A stretch of DNA of 64,000 nucleotides, from assembly GCF_001194135.2 (NCBI RefSeq), contig NC_068981.1, positions 127,501,663 through 127,565,662 on the forward strand. Direction: 5' to 3'. Positions 11,691-25,906 of the stretch are shown one piece after another. Source of the DNA: Octopus bimaculoides. Its lineage: Eukaryota. Under the pieces are notes generated by a model. That model worked only from the letters and a program-made list of their open reading frames with translations. It was not told where the DNA came from and searched no databases. The stretch's first letter is position 1. Each line of letters opens with the position of its first letter. Both the position numbers and the translations under genes were made by a program.

Positions 11691-14354
11691 ATATGAGAGA
11701 GAGAAAGAAATACACACACTCACATACATATATAATATGACCGAATGTATAAGTGTATCATCTGTTTTTCCATTTTGGTATAGTTTGTATAGGTTATCAG
11801 TGCCTCTGTTGGCTCCTATTTGGAATTACTGCTCTTCTAGATGGGTAGCCAACTATATAGTTCATGGAATCTTTGCTTCACTCCACATTACATGTTTGGC
11901 ATGGTTTCTTTGACACTTTTTCTATCTCCAGCTACTTTAAAGGCTGTAATGGGTGCATTTTGTTACCAGCACTAGAGAGTTCATGGTATGCGAGGAAGAC
12001 TTAAGGGTTTTACTTACTCTTATCATTTCCTTTTGTGGTTACTGCCCACTGAGATGGTTAACTTGTGATGCAGTCTAGCCTTTGTCCCCACATTCGACAT
12101 GGTCCTTCCTCTCACCTCAAACAAAATATATATTTTTTCTTTTGTATTTTTTTTTTTGTAGATTTGATCCCGATAATTCAAGCAAGCAGTCATTGTTTGT
12201 AGCCCTGAAGTGTCTCACTAAAATATGCCTTATCCCAACTGAATATATTAGGTTCTCAAGAATTAGAACATTGCTGACGACAAGGCACGAAATGTCAACT
12301 CTTGAGGCAGTAGGTTACCAGTCTAAATATGCTATCAGCTGCTTTTCAAAGACAGTTCAAAATTTATACTTTGAACTCATTGTATATTTAATAGTTCCAA
12401 TTTCAATATTTTGACATGTGGGTTAGTAACTGCTAATGTTGAAAGTATCACCAGTTAGTTAAATTCATGAAGTTAATTTTTGGAGTTTAGTGATTTCTTT
12501 GTAAAGAAAATTTGTATCGAATTAGACACCAAATTGTTCTGGTAACTGCAGTGGTGATCATTTAGCATAATCATTCTAGCACAGTCACCAAAGCTCCAGT
12601 GACATGTGTACCAGACAGTTGTGGTGGAACCTGTCGCAGTCGAGCAACCTACAAACATTTGTTAGCTATGTATTGCTTCCTTTCCTTGCAGCTTGGTGTG
12701 CTAAGCCATTGGGTATTAGGCATATTGGTCATAGACATAACCCATATTCAACGACTGCATATGAATAGTCAACCTGCAGCCCCTATTATCAATACTCATT
12801 ATCCAATAGCATAGTACATTTAAAAGAAGTTGATTTGCAGGTTATCTCCCGTTTGTTATTTTGTTCTGGGTAGTCATGATTGAAAAAATAAATAATCAGA
12901 GGCGTTTTCGCCATCACCATTCTTATTTCCAGAGATTGTATCGAGGACAATATTATTCACTTTTCAAAACGTCAGAGATTTAGCTGCTATTTCTAGCAGG
13001 TCGAAAATCCATATAGAGAGGCTCGTTCGTTGCATGTTAAATCCATTTTACATTTTACCACTCGGCGACTTACAGACGGATATAGTTGTCAAATTAGGTA
13101 TAACCAACCACTCCTGTTATTGTCGTCAGAGGAATATTAACATTCACCAGACTTTAATATCACCATGGCTAACTCGTGACATCACACACGAGTGCTAACA
13201 GTGACTCCTTCGTACAAGAAGGGAATGGTCGAAACACTTGTTTCCCCACTTAGGTCACAATGCCTTTATATCAAACAAGTTTCTCGGAAGCGCAAGAACA
13301 ATTGTTTTCTCTTATCTATTTTATTATCTATTTACAAAAATGTATCTTTGATGTCGAGAAAATAATTTCATTATTCTTAATAACTATAAAAAAAACAACA
13401 ACATTCTCTCTATAATGTTGTTTTATGACAGTTTTCTCACTCTACGTTTCCATGTGATAATTTGGTGTCTAAAGACAGTCACGAATTTCGCTATTACCTA
13501 TGGCCGGATCAAGTTAAAATTAAGGATTTTTCTTTATTATATGTGTTTCTTTGGAGCAATATGTCACTTAGAGCTTAAATACTTCTGCTGTTTGACAGAG
13601 ATATGTTTGAAATTATTGGTTTCGTTCTCTATATCCGTTTTTGTACGGTTTGAATTCAGCGAACTCTGCTTTTATCTCCACGGCTGATGACGATGTCTCG
13701 TGTGTCATACGCTTATTAGAAGTAGTATTGTAATGAATCTCACAAGTTCCTTGAAGATTTCTTTCCAGGAGCAGTGAATACCCTGCCAATGGAATCTAAT
13801 ACTGTGTTTCTAAAAAAAAATTTACTTGATTTAAGAAATTCTGAATGTTTCATTCAAAACTCTACGAAAGTTTTCTCATTCATTTAAAACTCTACGAAAA
13901 ATTTACCAAAACTTTCCCTTTTCATGTCTGCATTGGAAAAAATTAGAGAATAGAGATTTAAATAACGATGCTAACAATTTCCACTGACATATCTACTCAC
14001 TACAAATTCTTTTCATTAATCCATGATTTGTTTCCCCACCAGACTGTTGCATGAAACACATTTTTTTCCCCCTCAACGTGAATATCAAATATTAGATGGG
14101 GGAATTTAAAAAAATGTTACATATGACTGTTACTGCACATTATAATCATTTCCAGTAAATGTTCTTCGACATTAACCATATTTTCAGCAGAACTGAGGGC
14201 TGTGAGAGAGTAACTGAGCTTCGAAATTTAAAACTGTAATTCTCTCAATCAAAAACCCATTTTTACATAAAAAAAAATTTTAAATTCATCATTACATAAA
14301 TCTTACAATTTTTTATTAAATTTCGACTTTAAGAATATATGGGGTTAAATTATT

Positions 14355-14728
14355 AATACTCTTTTACTTGTTTCAGTCATTTGACTGTGGCCATGCTGGA
14401 GCACCACCTTTAGTCGAACAAATCGACCCCAGGACTTATTCTTTGGAAACTTAGTACTTATTCTATCAGTCTCTTTTGCCGAACCGCTAAGTTACGGGGA
14501 CGTAAACATACCAGCATCGGTTGTCAAGCGATGTTGGGGGGGGACAAACACACATATATATATACGACGGGCTTCTTTCAGTTTCCGTCTACCAAATCCA
14601 CTCACAAGGTTTTGGTCGGCCTGAGGCTATAGTAGAAAACACTTGCCCAAGGTGCCACACAGTGGGAATGAACCCAGAACCATGTGGTTAATAAGCAAGC
14701 TACTTACCACACAGCCACTCCTGCGACT
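14355..14728 (-). mobile_element. full-length tRNA-derived SINE with 20-bp TSD
   Basis: ATATATGGGGTTAAATTATT at 14335-14354 and 14729-14748. Confidence 0.9.
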
Positions 14729-15601
14729 ATATATGGGGTTAAATTATTGATATGCTTTTATTTTAATAAATTTCTAATTGAATTTGACAGTAAGTTTGCA
14801 TAATATTTTTACAGAACTTATCAGTTGTATTCATCTTTTAGTGGAACAATTAAGGAATTGTTTTACAAATATCCATTCATTGTTACATTTACGTGCTTGT
14901 ATATATATTTTTCTTCCACACAACACTAGGTTAAAAAAAATGTGAATTTTACAACCAAGACGAAATTCGGAAACATCACAAATGTAGATCTGTTGAGGAT
15001 TATTTGGTTGCAAAATATTTATATAGTTTTCTGTTTTGTTAAGGATTAAATATACTGATTTGGACTATTTAAAAAAAAAAATGTTTCTATATATAAAATA
15101 TAAACACTTTATGGAAATTTATCCACATTCTGTAAGTTCTTCCTGGTTTGAAAAGCGCTAAGAGAGAAAATGGGAAAAAAGTGCCAGAAGACAAATGGAA
15201 TCTGAGGAAACCGCTACTTTCTCTTTAGTGTGTGTATGTAAATATATATAATATATTTATATCGGAAGAGAGGTTTACCCTAACTCACTTAGTGTATACA
15301 TTTTCTTTTGAACAAGTGACACGTTGACTTTAGGAAGATTGTCACTTAAAAAGATGTTATCGCATGAAATTAAAACTAGGTCAAGTAACGGCATTCAAAT
15401 TAACACTTTGTATTACTGCAGTATCTCATTTCTTTAGCCGATGAATTTCTCAATACAATTAAACAGAACTCAGCAACAGTGAAATATCTTTCCTGAAATA
15501 GAGGTATGTCAACTGCACTATCAAGGGGTATGAGCCAGCTTCCAGAACGGGGGAGAAAAAAAAAAAAATGTCCTTGAGCCAACCTCATGTAAGGTCCAAC
15601 T

Positions 15602-15607
15602 TTTATT
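15602..15607 (-). terminator. candidate distal polyadenylation signal of Sec61 alpha
   Basis: AATAAA on minus followed ~25 nt later by a 13-nt T run; other AATAAA hexamers lie nearer the stop. Confidence 0.3.
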
Positions 15608-18600
15608 GCTATTTTATACAACACTGAACAACCTTTATAAATTGAACCATTAAAATTTGTATAAGCAAGAATGTATACATTTAAGAGAGTCAATAGCCTA
15701 ATGTATCGAAAAGTGAATATGCTTTGTTTTCACAAAATGTCTAATTCAATTTTGGAATGAAGATGTTTAGGAAGGTAGCAAAACATTTTTACAGTAGTTA
15801 GCTATAGTATTCACCTTTTTTTTTAGTAGAAGAGTTTATGAAAATTAATGAATTATTTTACAAAACACCATGCATTGTTACAATTATGTTTGTATATTTT
15901 GTTGTTGCAAAAGATTGCAACAATGTTTCATTTCTCACACAATCTACTTGATATTAATTATAAAATGAATTTTCAAAGTTCCTGTTCTGAAAACTCAGAA
16001 ATTAGAGAATTTTCACTGATATAGCTACTCAATGCAAGTTACTCCTGTTAATTTAATCTATATGTCTAACACACCACATGAAGATGTGGAAATCTTTTAA
16101 ATAAAGATCTGATTTGTTACTTCACATTATACCATTTCCAATAAATGGTCTTAATACTAATCATTTCTTCAGAATCAATGACCAAAAGAGTAGTGCACTT
16201 AATGCTCTCAAAAATATTTGTACCAACTGAGTTTTAAAAATAAAATTATAGCCAAAACAAAACACTGTCCTGATGTATTTCTAGGAAATTAAGTTAATTT
16301 ATTAAATAAATCAGTTTTTGCAATTAAAATGTTAACTGCTGTTTTGAAGGATACCCAACAAAATTTAAAATTTCAAATGTAAGTTGGTTAAAACAAGTGA
16401 CATGTTAAATATTTTCCAGTATTATTTAATGTCTGCTTTCTATGGGTTGGACAGTTAGACATGGAGCTGTTCAGACTCCAATTGTCTGTTGCGGCACAGT
16501 ATCTATGGCTGGATGCCCTTCCTAATGCCAACCACTAAAAGTGTGCAGAGTGTTTTACATGTTCTATATTTTAGAATAATTTGGATTACCAACACCTAAT
16601 TAAAAAGAAATTACAAGAAAGTATGAGATACAAAAGGGCATACTTGATCAACCACCACTATTCAAAGAAAATTGTTTTTTTGCCAAACTTTTATTAACAC
16701 TTTCCAAATAAAATGCTCAAAAGATAACTGTTGCTTGAAAGCTAATCTTGCTAAAGTGTATTAAATACTTAAAGGAAAAACTTAAATTCAAAATTCTTAA
16801 ACCTAATTATATTACACAAGAAAAGTCTTTAACAATGCTGCACCATGTTACTCCTAGAGGAGCCAGGAAGCACATACTCTTTTCCCCCAGAACTATTTTA
16901 GTTGAGCATTAAGTTACCTTGAGTTATACTACTGTATTTAGTTATGTAATAGTTTACTATTCAAATGCATAACAGCACAAACCATTAAACACAGTTTCAT
17001 ATTAAATTTCAAATTTATTAAATCGAGTTTCAGGTAGTAAAGATGTCTCATTCACACATAAAAATTTTCACCTCTACAAAGCTAGAGTTAAAAGTAAACC
17101 TAGAGAGAATTGTTTGTAACCACACTATATATAATCGTTAGCATCCACTTATTCCATGGTTTAGATGAAATTCATTGAGGTAGATTTCTAGCAAGATGCT
17201 CTTCTGTCATCAATCCTCACCTGTTTCCAAGCAAGGTAAGCTATGTATAACAGAAAGTCCCAGTTTTCAGTAATATAACTAGTAATAATACAGAAATCAC
17301 CATAAGTAAATTCATTCCACTCCTCAATGTTTTCCAACAGAAAATAACCACACAGCCATCAAATTTACTATCAATTTACTCAATATGAACTAAGCAAAGT
17401 CATGCACTTTGACTCAATAAAACAAATCAATGAATGCAGCAAAGTCTGAGAAGACAATATTTTCAGCTGTGTTCAGCAGCTCAATCTCGTCATTATTTGG
17501 CAAAAAATAGATATCTTAAATTATGAAAAGAACCAGGGAGCTGTTTAGGGGTCATCTGTAAAAAATAAAATAAAGAGAAACCAACTTTTTATCACACAGG
17601 AAACTTGTTCCCCAAACACATCTTTCATATTTATTTTATATTTATTTACCAGTTCATCAGCAACACTTACAGAGAGCAGTTGGGAGAGACAGGACTCTGA
17701 ACATCTTGAAGAAGACAAATAGAGCACCATATCATATTGAAGGATTTTTTTTTTTTTTATCAAAATGTAATATCTGCGAACAGCAACAAACAGAGAGTAG
17801 GGTTTATATAAGAAGATTCAATGTAGAGGCAATTGTATTTGAAAAAGGCATACATTGTTGTTTGTTTAATAGCAGCTTGTGAACAGTGAGTTACAGAATT
17901 TACTTCAAATGGAGTTGTAGAGAGAAAAATGTAAGGAAAGAATCTGGTGAAATTAATTTAAGACAAGAACACTTATTCAATGGTCTTAAGTGTACTGTTA
18001 AAATTATGTGGGATGATTCTAACCTAATTGTTTTTATGTCATTAAAGAAATTCTTAATGAACATGTAATAAACCAATTATTGGCTGTCAAAGTTCTAGGA
18101 AATAATATGAATGTAACACATGCAAATTTGGTAAAAGACTTAAAACTGCAGACAATACTTTACTCCTTTTCTGGTGCTATGATACATCTGTGAAAATAAA
18201 AGTAAAATTCGATTTTTTGCAATGTTTACAATCCAGTTAACATCCAATACCCATTCCAAAGAAGAATCGTTAGGAGTCAACTCGGACCATTTATGTGTAG
18301 TGTTGGAGTGGAATGTTAAACTAAAAATAATTTTTGTAAGGGGAAATATACTCAGCAGATATATTCATTAGAACCAGAAATGAGATGTATGAAGGTAATA
18401 TATTAGAATATTCTTAAAGCTTTTCAGTTTTATGAAACCAGTTAATTTGGTTAGTTGAGTCAGTTGTATATTTACATGACCAACCAGGTCTAGAGTGAGT
18501 GGAAGTAGTGTGTTAATTGATATTGCACACATTGTCCTCAATGATTACATGCTGAGGTAAGCTAAACGATCTTGGTTAAAATTTCCAGGCTGCATTAAAC

Positions 18601-19427
18601 TACTTGACAAACAAGGATTTCTAGAAAATACTTGCAAGCTTATTTGACTTGATTAGGTTGATCCTTGAAATACTAGATATTAACAAAAATAAAAACAAAA
18701 ATATAACTTGTCTCAAACACAATTCAAGAAACAAACCTCAGTATGGAAACAAAACAAAAGAACAGTTTCAGATTTTTTTGTCTTTCCTGTTTTTTTTTTT
18801 TTTTTAACTAAAGTCTTTCAGGATTTTCTTATTTATTTTGATTATTATTTTTTTTAAATAAATTTTTTTTTCCTAGTTTCTTGTTTACCATTTAGTTCTA
18901 TTAGGCAACTCCTGATATATGCATGGTCAAAGACATTGAAGAATGTACAAGACTGAAGTTTTAGAAGTGGTTTGGTTAGTTTGCAGGGTTTCCAACATGT
19001 TTATGTATTTTGCCCTTATCCTTATGTTATTACGATCGTGAAGAAAGTAGGCTAGTAAAAACTAGAAATGGCCAGAGTTTTGATATGACATTTGGGAGGT
19101 AAATGTTGCAGAAGATTCAGGAGTGAGTGCCATCCAAAGATGGGTGTGCACACATGCACACACATACACAGAGGTCAAGCTGTAGCAACTGGCAAGGCTC
19201 AGCATACTCACCTACTTCAAAACAAAAAGCTGAATAAAGCACAGGTGAGAATGTAATTATTAGCCAGTCAGCTAACAACTTGGATAAGCAAATGGCCATG
19301 TCTAAACTGTGCCCACAAGCTGACAATAATAGTTTTCAAAGTATGAATGTGTTTGTGTGTGAAGACAAAATAAAAAGAATAAAGTTGTAAGCTTTCATTT
19401 CTTCTGTCACTCAAATTGGAAATAAAC

Positions 19428-19543
19428 TTAAAATAGAAGTGTGCTCATTCCACCCATTTCACTCTGTTCCTTGACGAAGATTTCAAAATATTGATAGATG
19501 ATTGTAACAGCCAATAAAATACCAGTTCCACTGCCAATGGCAC
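19428..19543 (-). CDS. SEC61A: Sec61 alpha exon 12 (last coding)
   Basis: ttcAG acceptor; (G)[40 protein letters not shown] at 19430-19428. Confidence 0.97.
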
Positions 19544-19924
19544 CTGAAATTCAAAACAAATTACTTTTACAAACGAATGTCATACAGTTTAGTACACCTA
19601 AATATGTACACAATATTTAAGGCCGAGTTCATTCAACCCTCTTGGGACACCAAGGCCGATTGATCGGTCCAAGTGATACAAGCTGAAAGGAGTTTGAGGC
19701 CAATCCATTGGCCCGATGGAACAAATGTGAATGGTTGGTCTTGAAGTGTAATAGCTAATCAGAGATCATCTTTCAGCAGATGTATCTCAATACAAAAAGT
19801 TTTTGTCTTTTTGGCTACACATACCAAAACACCATGTGTCTCAAAAGGATTAAAGGTTTATTTCTTAAAGCTGGCTCCACTGAAATGACCTGGAATGTAG
19901 CATATTCCCATATATTTTAATAAA

Positions 19925-20316
19925 TGAAACTCGGCTTGCGAAGACTTATTGGGGCAAGCGAAAGCGAAACCATCAATGGCACCTGTGCCCAGCATTGCCT
20001 TCCTGGCACGTGTAAAGACATTCGAGTGAGATCGTTGCCAGTGCCGCCAAACTGGCTCCTGTGCAGGTGGCACGTAAAATACACCATTTTGAGCGTGGCC
20101 GTTGCCAGTACTGCCTGACTAGCCTTCATGCCGGTGGCACGTAAAAGCACCCACTACACTCTCGGAGTGGTTGGCGTTAGGAAGGGCATCCAGCTGTAGA
20201 AACTCTGCCAAATCAGATTGGAGCCTGGTGTAGCCATCTGGTTTCACCAGTCCTCAGTCAAATCGTCCAACCCATGCTAGCATGGAAAGTGGACGTTAAA
20301 CGACGATGATGATGAT
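19925..20316 (+). mobile_element. young RTE 3' end in Sec61 intron 11
   Basis: 3' UTR modules, conserved tail and (GAT)n. Confidence 0.8.
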
Positions 20317-21249
20317 CATCATTACATTATTTCATCAAAGGACAAACTTAAAAAAACTTTTCCTACTGCATCTTCAGTCAACATCTAGCTTTTACTACCA
20401 ACTCCTTGCACCTTCACTCAGCAAACATCAGTGCAATCATCCCTTTTACATATACTTAACACTTTGCTAACAAAATCCATTTTGTGCCATATTAAGAAAT
20501 GTAGCATGGGGAGTTAATAATGAATCCCATGGTAGGCAAAGTGTTAAATATATTGGATATCTAGATATCATTACTATATTGGAAGGATGAACAAAATGTT
20601 TTTCAGTGTTTAGTTGCACGCCTTCACCTTTTAGTTCAATCTTGGCAACTAAACGTTAGTTTTACAGTCAATAAAATAAGTACTGGGGTCAGTTTACTTA
20701 TTTTTATCAGGTATTTTAAGAACAATTGTGTTGTAGGTTATAGGTTTCCAATGGGTTGATCACAAGTTCACTACATTTCCAATGACAAGACAAATCAAAT
20801 CAAGACAATGACAAAACACTTGTCTGAGGTGCTGTATAGTAGGATCAAACTTGGAGCCATGTAGCTGCAAAGTGATCTTAACCACATGACCATATCTATG
20901 CCAATTTAATCAACTGTTGCCTCTACAAACATTGGTGATCTTGAGATTATGTTAGAAATTATCATTGTAGTGGACCACACTTGCCTTGAGAAATTTTCAA
21001 TAGAGTTTACATATAAGTTTTGATTCTTGCACTAACCACAGAGCATAAACATGGCTTTCTATTTTTTCCCCACCCACACTTTTTTGGCAATGCCCTGCCA
21101 CTTATATTATAACCACCGTACCTTGAGGGTATGCTGTGGCACGTGCCACCATCTATCTCTTCCTTTACTCTACTATCCCATTTATATTCTGATCCCTGTC
21201 CCTTGTGTATATGCTCAGCACTTTGCCACCATCTCTCTCCTCTTCCATC

Positions 21250-21710
21250 AGGCTGGGTAACCATCTATCTCCTTTGCAGCAGCACACCCGTTTCTGTCCT
21301 CACTCTTGATCACTCTCCCTGATTCTGTCTCTCAGTCACACTAACCTTTTATCATCTGACACAAGATCACTGCTTCCAATGACCCCTCCCCACTCAAAGG
21401 ATCTTTGTCTTGCAAGTTACTTGGTGACCCTGTAAGTGCCACGTAAAAAGTATCCATTCCACACTGTAAAGTAGCTGGTGTTTGGAAGGGCATCCAGCTG
21501 TAAAAATCATGTCAAAACTAACCTTGCCTGTGCTCGTGACGCGTAAAAAAAGCACCCTGTCCACTCTGTTGGTTGGTTGATGTTAGGAAGGGCATGCAGT
21601 CATAAAAACTGTGCCAAAAGTCTGGTTCAGTCTTCTACTTGACCAGCTCCTGTCAAACCATCCAACCCATGTCAGCATCGAAGAAGGATGTTAAACAATG
21701 ATGTTAATCT
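21250..21710 (+). mobile_element. RTE 3' end (older subfamily)
   Basis: similar to 1715-1968. Confidence 0.55.
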
Positions 21711-22100
21711 TAGATTTAATTCATCACCATAATTTTATCATTCACTTTTCCATGCTTGAATGGATCGGACAAAATTAGTTGATGCAGGTATTCTATGGCT
21801 GGATGCCATTCATGTTGCCAACTCTCACTGTTTCCATCTAAGGTTATATTTCCTTATAATCAGACATCTTTTCACAGATCAAAATAAAGGATAACAAAGG
21901 GCACTACTAGCATGGCAGTAATATCCCTTTAAAGCCATCACATGCTATCAAAGTAAGAGGCATCTTTCAGTTTCTTTCTAACAAAGCCATTCACATGGCT
22001 TTGGTCAGCCTGGGGGTATAGTAGAAGACATTTGCCCAAGGTGCCATCTCATGCAGTAGGACTGAACCCCAAACCATGTAGATGGGAAGCAAACTTTTTA

Positions 22101-22337
<237 letters not shown>

Positions 22338-22605
22338 TCATGTACCCTTAAAAAGAAAGAGAAACAAATCTATTCATGTACAACTTTGAAAGTAAAGAAA
22401 AACCACATGAATCACTGGTGTACATTTTACAGATAATTCTCCAGTCACTTCAATGTAATTAATAGTGATTTCAAATTTTGGCACAAGGCCAGCAATTCTG
22501 GGGAAGGGGTAATCTATTACATTTAACTGATACTTATTTTATTGACCCTGAAAGAATGAAAGGCAAAGTCGACCTTGGTAGAATTTGAACTCAAAACAGA
22601 GATGC

Positions 22606-24160
22606 TGTTAGTAAGGTTAGGGTTGGCAATGATTATAGTGAAGAATTCCAGGTAGAAGTAGGGGTCCACCAAGGATCAGCCCTCAACTCCCTCTTATTCA
22701 TCATAGTCCTCCAGTCAATAACAGGAATTCAGAGCAGGTTGTCCCTGGGAGCTCCTCTATGCCGATGACCTGGCCCTCATAGCAGAATCACTACCAGAAC
22801 TAAAGAAGACATTTCAGGTGTGGAAGCAAGATTAAGAATCAAAGGGCCTTAGAGACAATGTCGCAAAGACCAAAGTAGGAAGGCGAACATATCACACACC
22901 TCATCAGATAAGTAGCCCTGTTCGATCTGTAGAAAAGGTGTAAGTAGAAATTCCATAAAATGTACCCAGTGTAAGCTATGGACACATAAGAGGTGCAGCA
23001 ACATCAAAGGAAGACTAACCAGGAAGATAGCTTTCATGTGTGGCAGATGCACAGGGGCAATAAACACCACAGATGCTCAGAAAATAGATTCCATCACATG
23101 CCAGGGAGAGAAACTAGAAGTAGTTGATAGCTTCTGCTACCTAGGTGACCGTGTCTGTAGTTGGGGTGGATGCTCAGAAAGTGTTACCACTAGAATAAGA
23201 ATAGCCTGGGCAAAGTTCAGAAAGCTCTTACCCCTACTGATGACAAAGGGCCTCTNNNNNNNNNNGTTCAGAAAGCTCTTACCCCTACTGATGACAAAGG
23301 GCCTCTCGCTCAGAGTGAAAGGTAGATTGTACAATGCATGTGTGTGAACTGCCATGCTATATGGCAGTGAAACACGGGCCATGACTGCTGAAGATATGCA
23401 TAGGCTCGAAAAAAAAATGAAGCTAGCATGATCCGCTGGATGTGTAATGTCAGTGTGCACACACGGCAGAGTGTGAATGCCCTGAGAGAAATGTTGGACA
23501 TAAGAAGCATCAGATGTGGTGTGCAAGAGAGACGTTTGTGTTCGTATGGTCATGTACTACGGATGGATGAGGAAATCTGTGTGAAGAAGTGCCACTCCCA
23601 AACAGTGGAAGGAACCCAGGAAGACATGGAATGAGGTGGTGAAGCAATGACAAGACCGAGACCTCTGGAGATATGCTGTGACTGCGAAGAGCAGGCAAAT
23701 AAAGTGAGTTCACAACTGTAACCTACACCAGTGTCGCATAACCAGCCCACTCAAGTACCTTGGATTGTAGGGTGACATGCTGTGCTTGAGGAGACCTATT
23801 GAGTCAAGTACATCACAACCAAATGGAAATTGTAACTGTGATCCCCGTGTCAGTGGCACGTAAAAAGCACCATCCAAACATGGTTGATGCCAGCATAACC
23901 GTGACTGGCTCCCATGCCAGTGGCATGTAAAAAGCACCAACTGGTCGTGGCCAGTCCCCTCTGGACTGTGCCAGTGGCACGTAAAAGCACCCACTACACT
24001 CTTGGAGTGGTTGGCATTAGTAACAGCATCCAGCTGTAGAAACACTGCCAGATCAGACTGGAGCCTGGTGCAGCCTCCTGGCTTCTCAGACTCCAGTTGA
24101 ACCGTCCAGCCCATTTAGCATGGAAAATGGGCGTTAAATGATGAGGAACATGCAGATGCA
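22606..24160 (+). mobile_element. 5'-truncated RTE LINE (RT, C-terminus, 3' UTR), inserted in a SINE
   Basis: VGVHQGSAL, LYADDLALIAES, VVDSFCYLGD, RIRIAWAKFRKLLPLL, RWMCNVS; frameshifted; agagatgc at 22598-22605 and 24161-24168; SINE halves at 22465-22600 and 24165-24215. Confidence 0.9.
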
Positions 24161-24750
24161 AGAGATGCCACTAAGCATTTTGCCTGGTGTGCTAGCGGTT
24201 CGGTCAGCTCACCACTCTACACAATGTAATTAATATTAATAGGAATATGTCTATAAGTTACAAAATTATTTTGTTTCTAATATCTGTAAACCAGTTGCTG
24301 ACATCATCGTTTATGTTTACAGCACTTTCTTCTTCAGTTGCGTTACTTTTGTGGATTCCCATGACTGTCGCCATCCAATTCTATTACCATGAATTTGAAT
24401 TGAGAGCTTGAGTCATAGTGAATCTTTCATTAGCTAATTACACAACCATAGACGCCACTCCTATGGATGTATTGCAGTTACTCTTTATTTTCAAAATATC
24501 CACATACAGCCTAGTTAACATTTGTTATTCCAACGTCCTGCAGAAAATATTGAGTTATCATAGTAAAAAATGTACAACACCATCAGTGTGTAAAAAGTTA
24601 AAGGTTTTAATGAATGGAAGGTGGGTATCTTAGTCATAAAATAAGTAATAACAGGACAGATGCTTCTATATTCAGCATCTCTCAGGTATTTAACAAAATA
24701 ATATAGGGAAAGAGAGAAAGAAAAAGAAAAACAGTAATGCAATAACTTAC

Positions 24751-24939
24751 ATCTTTAGCACTGGAACCTGAGACTTCAATCCATGTTTTTGAGAAGAATG
24801 CACACGATCCCAACATAAAGAAAATATAGACACACGCATGTATGGGGTCTTCAACAACATGCGTTAAAGTATCCGGAGGAGATAGGTAGTAACACAACCC
24901 ACCAGTTGGATATGAACGAGCAGGGCCACCTCCTTCAGT
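24751..24939 (-). CDS. SEC61A: Sec61 alpha exon 10
   Basis: [63 protein letters not shown]; tAG/GTAAGT; 189 nt. Confidence 0.97.
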
Positions 24940-25906
24940 CTATAAACAAAGAAAAATTTATTCTTTCATTCTAAGGCCAAATTGTACTTGCTGTAGAATT
25001 TACATAACTGTTACTTTTTACTTTCTAAAATGTTTTCTGTGCATGCATAGGTGCAATGGGTCTTTGTAGAAGCAACTACTTTTATAACTGAATGCTGTCT
25101 CTGTTGTCAACCAGTTAATTGCAAAAATGGAACTTTTCTTCAGTCAATTTTGCACATTTGTTTATTTTTGCATCTATTTTTTCATACTAGCATGAATGAA
25201 ATGAAGGGTTTTAACTGAATTTTTTCATATTATTGAATCTTGTTTTAAATGTATTTCTTTTGCTAAATATATAGCAATACTTGCTATATTTAGCTAAAAC
25301 AGATCGAAGTTAACAGACACTCCAGTACAATTTCTTCAAGCAGTTAATAATCTTTAAAAGTAGCAGTAAAAATCTAATTCTATATTAGAAACTTAACCTT
25401 TGTATACATAAGTATATGGCCTTACATTTTATGTTGAAATGAAACTGAGTGTTGTAATATTCATGAGTTTTCGTAAAACCTTAATAAGATGTGTAGTTTG
25501 CATGCTTGCAAAACATGGTGAGTGGGAAACAGATTTGACAAGTGTCCATAGATATTAGGAAAGAAGAGAGAATTGTCCAGTAGGTTCAGATTTAGTTTTT
25601 GGTAACAAGAGAAGTCGGTGCATTATAAGTCATGATAACCTCAGGAGGTGGGTCCTAATGTTTGAAACAGAACAAATCCTGGAAAAGGAACCCATGAACC
25701 AGAAGACCAATAATAACCACAAAAACCACTTCATTGGTTTAGTAAAGTAATATATATTTTTAAAAACAAAACAAAGCAATTTGGAATACTGATTTGTTAC
25801 ACTGCACATATATCACTAAAGATATTGATAAATAAATGAAATGTAAATTGTTTCATGTTTGTAGGAAATTTATTTAAATACAAAAATAAAATAATCCAAT
25901 ACTTAC

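Noticed and set aside
12082-12414. 110-aa ORF with a strong acceptor at 12161
   Set aside because: No recognisable homology, no partner donor, and a non-ATG start.
13560-13809. Minus-strand exon-like open frames after a T-rich acceptor
   Set aside because: Peptides are unrecognisable and no upstream exon could be joined; noted only within the CpG-island finding.
23216-23310. Duplicated ttcagaaagctcttacccctactgatgacaaagggcctct around 10 Ns
   Set aside because: Same assembly artefact inside the RTE ORF.
25262-25294. AT-rich hairpin gctaaatatatagcaa-tac-ttgctatatttagc
   Set aside because: Short, low complexity and imperfect; plausible by slippage or chance.
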